NCBI RefSeq assembly: GCF_006345805.1
Contig: NC_043002.1
Location: 75,950,001-76,014,000, forward strand
Length of the DNA stretch: 64,000 bases
DNA from: Octopus sinensis
Taxonomy: Eukaryota
Reading direction: 5' to 3'
Under the pieces are notes generated by a model that saw only the letters and a list, made by a program, of their open reading frames with translations, was not told the DNA's origin and did not search any database. Shown here piece after piece: positions 1-10,960 of the stretch. Position numbers and translations under genes: made by a program. Each line of letters starts with the position of its first letter. Position 1 is the first letter of the stretch.

Positions 1-2
1 GG

Positions 3-877
3 CTGCAGCTAGTTTTTTTTTCGATTATCAGCGCGCCAAAAGTAGAGGCATTCGAAAGATACATCCGAACGTAATAAGTTGTACTTTTTGCATGCGGGAC
101 TTCGGTACCGTTTTTCATCTAGTACAGCATATTATGCTCATAACAGACTACGCTGATGAAGCTACAGATATCCTTGTGATATTAATAGCTGAAACTGCAG
201 TACGTAGGTAATTATTCCACTTAGTATTTTTCTTTTGTCTCATCCATTGCTTTAGGTCGTGCTGAATTTTATTTTTATTTGAGAACATAATCCTTGTGGA
301 GAATGGCGATTTGACGTCTATATCTAGCATGTTGACTGTCCACCTTTTCGTGCTCAGTCCTTAATTGGTATATATAAATATTTTAATCTTCGGATTCTTT
401 TTAATGTGCTAGACCACTGGTTTTAATTGACTAATATCAATTTCTACCCTTAATTTTTAAATATGAAATATATGTTCTCAAACCGATAAATTGACTGCTG
501 TTAATTATTGCTGCAGGCTAGTTTTTCGATTATCAGCGCGCCAAAAGTAGAGGCATTCGAAAGATACATCCGAACGTAATAGGTTGTACTTTTTGCATGC
601 GGGACTTCCGGTACCGTTTTTCATCTAGTACAGCATATTATGCTCATAACAGACTACGCTGATGAAGCTACAGATATCCTTGTGATATTAATAGCTGAAA
701 CTGCAGTACGTAGGTAATTATTCCCTTACTTATTTTTTTCTTTTGTCTCATCCATTGCTTTAGGTCGTGCTGAATTTTATTTTTATTTGAGAACATAATC
801 CTTGTGGAGAATGGCGATTTGACGTCTATATCTAGCATGTTGACTGTCCACCTTTTCGTGCTCAGTCCTTAATTGGT

Positions 878-878
<1 letters not shown>
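3..878. repeat. Direct tandem duplication of a ~508-bp repeat unit (1.7 copies)
   Basis: ctgcag(g)ctagttttt..cgattatcagcgcgcc starts at 3 and again at 511. The copies are near-identical up to ...cagtccttaattgg (~368 and ~876). Confidence 0.9.
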
Positions 879-910
<32 letters not shown>

Positions 911-911
911 T

Positions 912-1147
912 CAAAATTTAGAGGACTGACCACCAAAAGTGGATAGCCTATATGCTAAACATAGACGTCAAATCGCCATTACGACGAAGAATGTGTTCGT
1001 ATATTTTCATTTGTCTTGCTTATTTTTACATTTCGGTTTATTGCTGAGATTTTTTCTTCAGAACACATTCTTCGTGGTAATCGCCATTTGACGTCTATGT
1101 TTTGCATATAGGCTGTCCCCTTTTAGTCGTCAGTCCTCTAAATTTTG
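912..1147. mobile_element. MITE-like fold-back element with ~87-bp inverted arms
   Basis: 912-998 (caaaatttagaggactgac...gaatgtgttc) is the near reverse complement of 1061-1147. The arms are a diverged relative of the end of the preceding 508-bp unit. Confidence 0.65.
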
Positions 1148-1286
1148 TATGTAAAAATTTTTAATCTTCGGATCTTTTAAAAATATGCTAAGCCACTGAT
1201 TTTAATTGATTAATATCAATTTCTACCCTTACTTAATTATGTATATATTATATATAATATATATATTATGTATATATTATATAATA

Positions 1287-1340
<54 letters not shown>

Positions 1341-1363
1341 TATATATATATATGTATTATATA

Positions 1364-2612
1364 CAGTGTGCGAGGGGTATTTGAGGACAGTTTTGGTATA
1401 CAGTAAAACAACTATATTTCAGCATAAAGAAATACGTATTTGAATAACATTTGTTTTTGCAATTAGTCTTGATAATGATTTTTTAAACAAATTATTCTAT
1501 AAAACCGCCTTTGGTTTCGATGACTGCTTCAGTGAGGGATCGAAACACTGGCATGCTGATACTATATGGTCGTTATTCATTTCGGACATCATCACCTGGA
1601 TAATGTCTGCCTTTAGTGAAGCTATGGTATTATGAGGGTGACGATTAGTCTCCCTTTCAACAGCGCTCCACATTTAGTAGTCCATGGGGTTCAAATCTGG
1701 CAAGTTTGGAGGCCACATATTGGGTATTACATAATCATAAAAATTGTCTGACAACCATTCTTGGGTGACTACGGCTTTGTGAGAAGGTGTTGAATCTTGT
1801 TGAAACACGTATGACTTTGCATTGCATACTTCATCAATCCAGGGATTGATAACAGTTTCCAGTACCTCAATATATATAGCAGCATTAATTCTAAGACACT
1901 GTGGAAAAAGTGGGGAGGCATCACATTAACTTCGCTACTCACCACTCCTAAAACCATCACAATTGCTGGAAATTTCTTGTGCATCACTCTAGGTACTTCA
2001 GAAGGCTCTGCACGTAACCACCTATTCTTTCTTCTGTTAGACTTTTGATCCTGGTCAAAATATTTTTACGCCAGAGAAAAAACAAAGTATGCCTTGCTCA
2101 TGCCTTGTTCACTTTGTCAAGTACCCATTTTGAATGGATGAGACGGTTTTCTTATGTCTTTGCAGACACGAATTGGCCTTTCTTCATTCCATTGGACTTG
2201 TATCGAATGTTACAGTTCTGATAGTCTACTCTGACACCCGAAGTTCTTTAGCAATGGACATCATTGATCGTGTGGGATTTTCATCTATAATGTTTTGAAA
2301 ATGCTGTATAGATTCCGGTGTCCTTTTAGTGTCTGAGCGTTGTGAATGTTTCTGTCTCTCTGATACAGGTGAAACATTACCATCACATGCCTCACATTCC
2401 AACCGAACTTTGTGTACAAATGATCTTGCAAAATTTAGAAAGTTGCTTATTTTTAAATAATTTGCATGTATAACGACTATGACTGCATGCCTTTACATTT
2501 CTTGAGTTGGCAGCATATCTCGAAAGGGTTACGTGAAAAAACAAGAAGACATTAAATAATTTGAAGGTGTAATGAACTAAAAACGAAATGTCCTCAAAAA
2601 CCCCTCGCATAG
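1364..2612 (-). mobile_element. Tc1/mariner maT (DD37D) transposon, degenerate
   Basis: TIR core tgcgaggggtatttgaggaca (1369-1389) vs tgtcctcaaaaacccctcgca (2589-2609), 1 mismatch. Minus strand reads ...VFQQD-STPSHKAVVTQEWLSDNFYDYVIPNMWPPNLPDLNPM-DY (37 aa between the Asp residues) and KFPAIVMVLGVVSSE. Stops and frameshifts present. Confidence 0.9.
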
Positions 2613-2616
2613 ATAG

Positions 2617-2772
2617 ATTAAGAAATGGAGTCAAACGCAGGTGTTATTCAAATCATTTATACTTCCAATATCACTTTTATTCCCTCCGGAATAATCTTAA
2701 TGTTTTTTTCGAAACATATGTTGGAAGTATAAATGATTTATTTAACACCTGCATTTGACTCCATTTCTTAAT
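2617..2772. mobile_element. 156-bp palindromic MITE-like element
   Basis: attaagaaatggagtcaaacgcaggtgttattcaaatcatttatacttccaa ... ttggaagtataaatgatttatttaacacctgcatttgactccatttcttaat; ~52-bp arms, no coding capacity. Confidence 0.65.
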
Positions 2773-2870
2773 TTATTCATGTTTTTCAAAAAAATTTACT
2801 TAACACCGAAATGTCTACCTTTCCTTGTTATTGGAACACATTGAAAAATATACATACATACATACATATA

Positions 2871-4391
2871 CAGCTTTGGCCAAAATTATGGGGCAGGTAT
2901 GAAAAAATAGAGAATATGATTGAAACTCCTTTATATAATAATTGAAATAATAACAAGCATTTTTGAGTATATTCTATCAATAGTTAATATTTGATGTGTC
3001 CTCCTTTTTGCTTTTATAACCGCTTTTATGCGCTTTTGCATGCCTTTTGTGCGCTTTTGCAAGTGGTTGTCTCAATGTTCTGCCACCCTTCATGAATTTT
3101 GGCTGTTAATTCACTTTTTGAAGATCACTTGTGCACTCTCACCCTTGTGCCTAAGTGTGACCACAAATGTTTGATGGGGTTGAGGTCTGGAGACTGAGGG
3201 TGCCATTCTATCAACATCAATCCTTTCTCCTCAAACCAACCTATTGAGACACTGGATATATGGCATAGATCATTGTCTTGTTTGAAGATTACACAATCTA
3301 GTTGATACACTTGGTCTAACATGCTCGTGTAAGTGTTGGAATTCATTCTACCTTCACAAGTGAACAACATTCGTGGGTCTGAAGACGACTGGCAAACCCA
3401 AACCGTTATGCTACCACTTCCAAATTTGATTGTTGAGACATCACAGCTAGTCTCATAGGGTTCCCCAACTCATCGACGAACATAAACAGCTCCAGGCGTT
3501 CCAACAATCTGAGAAGAAATACAAATTTTACTGAGCATATTTGGTGTACAATAAAAAATGTGTACAAGCGTAATAAATTCCATTATGCCAAATGAATTGG
3601 TGGAAACTAATATGGAGAACCTACATCAAAGTTGCTTTCATCGGATCAAACAATTTTAGCCCAATCATCATCAGTCCGATCCCCATGCTCTTTCGTCCAA
3701 GATAATCGCTTCTTCTTGTTCCCATCAGAGAGCTACGGTTTCTTTCTAACCTTACATTCTTTGAGCCCAGCTTCTAATAACCATCTTTTCACTGTACATC
3801 TTGATATCTCTTTGTTTGTTGCTGCGCGAAACTCAGCAGCTACGTCAAAAGAGGTTTTTTTCCTATCGGCCAGAGATGACCTCTTCAGCAACCTGTCTTC
3901 CTTCGGGGTTGTACACTGTTTGCGACCTTGACCATCACGGTTTTTGAAAGAATTGGTCTCATTACGCCTTTTGATGGTTTTTTGGACACAGCTTCTCGAG
4001 CATTTCCATTTTTTGGCAAATTGGACTTGGGATAATCCTTCTCTGAACAATGCAATAATTTGAGCCCTTTGAGCTTCAGAAATCTGTTTCTTCGAAAGAC
4101 CTTTTCGACAAAGATTTACCACTGGACTGGTAAGTGAACAATAAGATTTTCACTGATTGGAAAGAATATATCCCACATTGAATGGCAGAAAATTAACCCA
4201 ACCACTTATGTAAAATATGCAAAAACGCATTAAAACTGTTATGAAAGCAAAAGGGAAACATATAATGTACTAATTATTTGTGGGATATACTCAAGACTGT
4301 TTATTATATTGTTTTCAATTATTATGTGAATGAGCTTGAATCATATTGTCTATTTTTTCATACCTGTCCCATAATATTGGCCAAGACCGTG
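2871..4391 (-). mobile_element. Tc1-family transposon with ~215-bp TIRs, TA flanks and an intron-containing transposase pseudogene
   Basis: TA|cagctttggccaaaattatgggg... and ...cccataatattggccaagaccgtg|TA. HTH region in ORF 3733-4122, SDES motif, and QDN..PQSPDLNPIK (catalytic E replaced by K) in ORF 3125-3370. In-frame stops. Confidence 0.92.
3509..3624 (-). other. Spliceosomal intron (116 nt) inside the Tc1 transposase
   Basis: GAT|GTAGGT...TTTGTATTTCTTCTCAG|ATT. Removal joins SDESNFD to IVGTPGAVYVRR in one frame continuous with both flanks. Confidence 0.8.
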
Positions 4392-4471
4392 TATGTATGT
4401 ATTCATGTATGTATGTATGTATGTATGTATGTATGTATGTATGTATGTATGTATGTATGTATGTATGTATG

Positions 4472-4503
<32 letters not shown>

Positions 4504-4556
4504 TGTATGTATGCATGTATGTAAGTATCTATCTATCTATCTATCTATATTTATAT

Positions 4557-4605
<49 letters not shown>
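4392..4605. repeat. Compound microsatellite (TATG)n-(TATC)n-(CA)n-(TA)n
   Basis: Read directly from the sequence. Confidence 0.95.
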
Positions 4606-4606
<1 letters not shown>

Positions 4607-4932
4607 GATTACATGCTCTCAGAACGCGACAATTATTCGGGTTAATGGCGCTACTCTCCCATCGTTGCGTGTTCACACGAGGTCCTGCACAGCCAGGGGA
4701 TGTATTCAGCCGGATTCTTATCAATACCGTTTGTAGGTAGCCAAGATCCCAGCCTAATTCCTTCCGTTCTCTTACCCCACACCTCTTGCCTTGTACTTCG
4801 CGTATCAAAATTTGGAGCCAGTATGTTTTCGACCTGTATTTCTAGATTACGTTTTTGAAGAAGAGATTGTTATGCACGCTGTCCTTATGCAGTGCATCAA
4901 CGGATTGCATTAACAGTGTGATATGTTGTTAA

Positions 4933-5455
4933 CCCCTTGACGCCGGTATTACCCGAAGCATGCGAGACTATGCTCCGGTTTTTTCTTATCTAATGAGGCC
5001 ACACAAACACACAAGTGCCAGCGAGCTCGCGTCTATTTACGTTCACCGTTGCAATAGCATAGCGTCATACGTTTACGTCTACCGGTTTATGTAAACGAAC
5101 TATATGAAGCTATTTATCATAATATGATATGCACGAGTTATTCTGCTCTAGTTCAAAAAATAGCTTGCGTGTGGTACAAATCAAAACACGGTATTACGCA
5201 TGTAAAATATCCGCATGTCATTGGTCTACTGCTAGTCTCATGACTTGGACGTAACCTAAAATCGCTCAGATAATGCACGGGACGGCAAGCGCGCGCACCT
5301 CAAGAGATAAAGTACACGATAGCAAACGTAAACATACGTCAGCCGTTAAAACGTTCGTGATGGATGTAGGGCAGCTCTACAACGTATATTTACGTTAACC
5401 GCGGGTAGGCAAACAAAAGTGTGATCGCATATTTGTGTCAACCGTTGTCAAGGGG
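4933..5455. mobile_element. Non-autonomous piggyBac-type element (523 bp)
   Basis: TTAA|ccccttgacgccggt ... accgttgtcaagggg|TTAA: TTAA duplication, CCC termini, 15-bp TIR with 2 mismatches, no ORF. Confidence 0.85.
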
Positions 5456-5528
5456 TTAACAAATACTAAAACATATGTAACATCTCGAATAATTGCGTAC
5501 CCACTTCAAACCTATATTCCTGTCTCTC

Positions 5529-5602
<74 letters not shown>

Positions 5603-6164
5603 CGTTTATGAATTTATGTTGTAAGATCCCTGTTGAGAAACTGTGTTGAAACCGTATTGCTGTACTTCACGATGGTCATCTTTTTTTTTACCAAATAAAC
5701 ACACGCACTATGTATTCGTTGTTCACTCGTTTATTACTGTTCTTATTCTAATTGATGTCCATTGTCCGGAAATCTTTCCTTACACATCTGTGACCTCTTC
5801 AGTGACACTTTCGGTCCTCGTTTGTTATCTAGCTCCGCTTAGTCCACTCTGCTCTTTTATGGTGTGCATCCTTATATGCGCTCGCGCTTGCGTCTGTATT
5901 TGTGTGTGTGTACATGTGTATGTGTGTGTGTTTTTGTGTGTGCGTGTGTCGTTATTCCTAGTAGCATTATGACCCTTCCCTCAGCCCCGTCCCCTCTCCT
6001 GTTGCCACTGCTGCTGGCCTTTACCCCGACTTTTGGTACTGTTCCTGTATTACTCTGTGTTTGTGTGTTCACCTCTGTATAACGGACAGATTCCTTTTGC
6101 CTCACTATCTATGATGGCTCTGTATTTAGCCCTGGCTCCTTTGTCCATCCTATTCTTGTCCCTT

Positions 6165-6361
6165 TGAAACAGCACTGAAAGGGCCAGAAAAAAGAGAGAT
6201 ATGGTCAACTTATGGTATGACAACAAAAATACCAGACTGTCATGTTCGTTGATGCTATCCCTGGCGGCGAACTAGCATACCTTTTTAGAAAAGCATTAGA
6301 TAAGGCTAATCTACGGATTAAAATGGCAGAAAGACTTGGTGCCTCCATAAAATACCTGATC

Positions 6362-6365
<4 letters not shown>
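6165..6365 (+). mobile_element. Penelope-like element ORF fragment (RT thumb/linker region)
   Basis: YQTVMFVDAIPGGELAYLFRKALDKANLRIKMAERLGASIKYLI resembles the PLE motif 'VmFV.aTPg.eL...ikvvEr.G.sik'. Truncated by (TA)n. Confidence 0.6.
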
Positions 6366-6440
<75 letters not shown>

Positions 6441-6441
<1 letters not shown>

Positions 6442-7348
6442 CAATAAAGGGTTTAGCAACGAATTGCCTTACGACAGACCGAATTTAGAAATAGCAGTCA
6501 AAGAGTTATAGCTATTTCTTCTACTAGCTATGCCTTCCAATTGCTGTGTTTTTACTGAGATCTCCTTTTTAGTAGAAGAAATAGCTATAACTCTTTGACT
6601 GCTATTTCTAAATTCGGTCTGTGGTAAGGCAATTCGTTGCTAAACCCTTTATTGCTTAGTATTACTTAATTTTCCTCGAATGAGGCTTTTACATGCCGAA
6701 GACTACTGGTGTAATTGATAATTATTCCAAATTAATTAATTTCACCTCATTATTACGGATAACCATATTTTATCTCAGTAGATGACCACAGAATCTTGTT
6801 TTGGCTACACGCGGGTGGGAAGGGGCTGGTGACACAATCTTTTCATTCACACTTTGAATTGGTGATACTAGTTGCGGATTCTAGCTCGCTCTGATACTGA
6901 GTTGAGTTGGTGCCTTCTAGTATCTCAAAATTCAATATATAATCATTTATGATTATAGTATTCTACGCTGAAGAGAAAATAAGTTTGGGTAAGGTATAAT
7001 TATTTAATATTTAATTCTTATGCTTTCCTAAAAACTTGATTTCGAAACGTGCGTCCGTAGATAACTTAAAATTGTATGATAGATTGCCGTCTATTCATTC
7101 TCTCTTACCTGTTTGTGTCTGCCTTCCAATTGCTGTGTTTTTACTGAGATCTCCCTTTTTAGTAGAAGAAATAGCTATAACTCTTTGACTGCTATTTCTA
7201 AATTCGGTCTGTGGTAAGGCAATTCGTTGCTAAACCCTTTATTGCTTAGTATTACTTAAATTTTCCTCGAATGAGGCTTTTACATGCCGAAGACTACTTG
7301 GTGTAATTGATAATTATTCCAAATTAATTAATTTCACCCTTCATTATT

Positions 7349-7352
<4 letters not shown>
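6441..7352. repeat. Probable PLE terminal-repeat complex (direct and inverted copies)
   Basis: 6441-6525 is the reverse complement of ~6572-6656. ~6530-6770 recurs at ~7120-7352. Contains a hammerhead motif at 6963-7060. Confidence 0.7.
6963..7060 (+). ncRNA. Type I hammerhead-like motif with long stem II, probably inactive
   Basis: (CT)ACG-CTGAAGA-[GAAAATAAGTTT..AAACTTGATTTC]-GAAA-CG-T-G-CGT(CCGTAG). Position 17 is G, which is not cleavable. Confidence 0.6.
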
Positions 7353-7379
<27 letters not shown>

Positions 7380-7689
7380 CCTAACACATATTATACGTTA
7401 CCCTACTCCAAACCCACATAATAAACAAATAATTATATACCTACTCTACATCCTACGCCAGCCTATGTATGCATATAATTCTTTTTAACCGAGAACTACC
7501 TAAGATACTTACAAGCAAACATTCCCTTCCCACCCTTTGTCTATATGCACCCTTCATAACAAAATAGTATTACGGCATTGAGTCTTTCGACACGCTGGAT
7601 CGGACCCACACCCGTTCCATATTTTACACCAATATATGGCTTCGTGTAATAATACGAACCACCTACAACCTTTATTTCAATAGACACCT

Positions 7690-7696
7690 AGGTCAT

Positions 7697-7730
<34 letters not shown>

Positions 7731-7890
7731 TAATATATATAATATAATATATATATATAATATTATATATATATAATATATATATATTATATAATATATT
7801 ATATATATAATATTATATATATAATATAATATAATATAATATAATATAATATAATATATATAATATAATATAATATATATATATATGCAT
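7690..7890. repeat. (TA)n/(TATAA)n low-complexity tract
   Basis: Read directly from the sequence. Confidence 0.9.
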
Positions 7891-8318
7891 ATGCGGGCAG
7901 AGGACGTCACGAAACGTGTTCAACAAAAGTACGAAGCACCAGTACATGGAACGTGAACTATTCTTTGGAACAACGAAAGCCACAAATGGAAAACAAAACA
8001 GACAACATCAAGAACGACCCTTCATCAGTTGTTGGCTGTTTTTCTCGTCTCATATTTCGAGCATTTAACAACGATATACACTTCCGATAAAACAGTTGCT
8101 CCCGCAAAACAAATTAATATAAAATTTGGGATTTTGCGGGAGTCAAAATTGGTAACTCAAACAGGACAGTGAAAACAAACAGGAAGGGCTGCTAAGCCTA
8201 AACGAGGTTGTGGTGGCGAACGCGTAAATCAAGCTAGGACAGGAGACAAACATGAACACGTTAACACCAGTGAAAGATAAGAAGATAATAAATACGCATC
8301 GTAAAAAATATGTATATA

Positions 8319-8493
8319 CTCTTTCACTTGTTTCAGTCATTTGACTGCGGCCATGCTGGAGCACCGCCTTTAATCGAGCAACTCGACCCCGGACTTATTC
8401 TTTTGTAATTTTTGCCGAACCGATAAGTAACGGGGACATAAACACACCAGCAATGCTAGGGGAACAAACACAGACACACAAGCACACACACGC

Positions 8494-8528
<35 letters not shown>

Positions 8529-8614
8529 ATATACATATATACGACGGGCTTCTTTGAGTTTCCGTCTACCAAATCCACTCACAAGGCTACTTACCACACA
8601 GCCACTCCTGCGCC
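8319..8614 (-). mobile_element. tRNA-derived SINE family A, internal deletion in the head
   Basis: Tail ggcggtgctccagcatggccgcagtcaaatgactgaaacaag, internal (CA)/(TA) tract, head remnant ggcgcaggagtggctgtgtggtaagtagc. Confidence 0.85.
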
Positions 8615-8865
8615 TATGTAGAATGTATATGAAGAATGTATTTGTCATTTGAACGGACTAATTTCTATATAGATATAGTCATACACGTCTGTAAGTGTGT
8701 GTATGTGTCTACGTGTGTGTATGTGACGTTTCTGAATTTCCTGCTGATTACAATCCCAACATATACACAACTGGATGAAATCTAAAGTCCGGTCCTGTAA
8801 ATATATTTACCTTGTCATACGAGAATAAGCATATATTTATATAGACACAAACAATTAAAGATATT

Positions 8866-8925
<60 letters not shown>

Positions 8926-10149
8926 TATATACGCACATATATATGCATAGGTATATACATTTGCATATATATTACACATACACACACACGCGTACACACA
9001 CACACGCATGCACACACGCACACACACACATACGCACACACACACATACACGCACGCACACACACACACACACATATGTAAAATATCTACCTATATATAT
9101 ATGAAATATGCATATATATGTAATATTATATATATATATATATATCATATGTATATGCGTGTGTGTATATGTGTATGTATATACACATATACATATATAC
9201 AAATATATATATGTACATGTATGTATATATATCCATGTATATGTACATGTGTGTATTTCATTATATATTCACGTAATCACACACAAACATAGTCTTACAT
9301 TCATACATATATAGTGTTGTGTAAGAGAAAGAGAGAGGAAGGGAGGAAGTTAGACAGAGTGGAGGAGAACGATAAAGACAAGAAACAAGAAGGGACAAGC
9401 ACACAGTGCATTTCCTCATCCAATTCCTCTCACCTTGTGCCTGAAGATGTGGTAAAATGCATAACAGCATCGAAATGAACCGTGAAGATATTCTATAGGA
9501 TCGTAAATGAGTTTTTCTCGCGATATTAACCAATTATTTCACTGAAATAGTTTAGTAGACATAGTGATGTAGTTGTAGTTATGGCTACTGCTGTTGTTTA
9601 GCCCTAGGTAATTTCGGTCTGAGAAAAGTCTCTCTATGGTCAAAGACATTCTAAACATATTCACTCCGTTATTTTTTTCCAGACATATGTTATCTGGACC
9701 ACATTATTCGAGTGTTCCTTTTAAGATGGTAGGGAATGATTGTAAGGTTGCTAGGCTGCTATTTCTGCTGTGTCGAGTGATCGCGTAAATGCACTTTTGT
9801 TAGTATGTGGCGATTATGGCGAGCACCGTCATAATACGAGGACATAACTTCCAGGGTGCATTCACCCGAGCGCATCAACATTTTCGAACTGCAGTGAAAG
9901 CCATTTCATTCCACGTACGACGCTATGCTAATCACGGCTGTTAGGGAAAGAATGGGAAATAATCTTTGGTACCCTGGTAAATTTGAAGCCACCTCCCAAT
10001 TTTTTCTATAATTCTTTGGTAGATTCAGCTACGTAAACTAGAAAGTCAACGTATCAAAGAATTAGAAATTTTAATTTGAAATTAAGAAACTGCAAGAAAA
10101 AAGATGCACAGAATACACATAATTTTTTTTTAAATTTTTGATGATTACC

Positions 10150-10458
10150 TTTTATGAAGGGCCCTGTCTCAGTCATCAGATTCTTTCACTTCCTCACAGC
10201 TAAGAAATATCTAAAAATGCTTGCGAGGCTAATTCATGGCCCAGCAGACAGAATTGCAAAGGCGTTGCTTCGAAGAATAGTGAGGAAGATGCACTGGAAC
10301 AACGACCGACTTATGGTGCTTGCCCTTACCGATAGCATTTTAGTGCCACAAAGTGTTTAATATTCAAAGCAGCTTTACATACAGGACCCGGGGTGATTTT
10401 CTGAAACCTTTTTTTCTGGAAGAAAAGGGGTGCATTTAATATGCAATAAAATACGATA
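10150..10458 (+). mobile_element. Possible pogo/Tigger-like 3' remnant
   Basis: End ggggtgcatttaatatgcaataaaatacg-ata resembles a pogo-type right TIR. The peptide PADRIAKALLR..SEEDAL weakly resembles a pogo C-terminus. Confidence 0.3.
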
Positions 10459-10734
10459 CCGATTGATATAAATACAATTGTGATAGTGAAAGCGAAATAA
10501 ACCTAGTTCCAGTAAATTTGTAAGAAAAACAAAACAAACAAAATAACAGAGAATTGCTTTTGTAAGGAGAAATTCCATGGTAAGTATGGAATAATTTATC
10601 TCGTGAGAAAATATGAAAAATCTTGACAACTAAGCACCTTCAAGATGGTTGCGGTTTAAGTTTAACATTACACAGAAGTAATACATGCGTGCGCGCGTAT
10701 ATGTGTATGCATGTATGTATGTGTGTGCAGACGC

Positions 10735-10960
10735 TTATGTGTGTTTGTGTGCAAATGTGTATGTGTGTTTATGTGCAAATGTATATGTTTGTGTTAATGT
10801 GTATACGCGTATGTGTGTTTATGTGCAAACGTGTATGTGTGTGTTTATGCGCTTACGTGTGTGTGTTTATGTGCAAACGTGGATGTGTGTATGTGCAAAC
10901 GTGTACGCGTATGTTTGTGCGTGTTTGTGTGCAAACGTGTATTTGTGTGTTTGTGTGCAT
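10735..10960. repeat. ~24-bp minisatellite derived from (GT)n
   Basis: Unit ~TATGTGTGTTTATGTGCAAACGTG, about 8 degenerate copies. Confidence 0.7.

Noticed and set aside
4606-4880. GC-richer segment that looked like a LINE fragment
   Set aside because: No frame gave a motif I could recognise; left unassigned.
5792-5816. Minus-strand GACC-GAAA-GTGTCA-CTGAAGA-GGTC, a permuted-hammerhead look-alike
   Set aside because: Only 6 nt for stems III and I, and not palindromic, so it cannot fold as monomer or dimer.
7960-8070. CTGATGA on the minus strand preceded by CGAAAT
   Set aside because: No convincing stem I/II pairing; at most a decayed PLE repeat.
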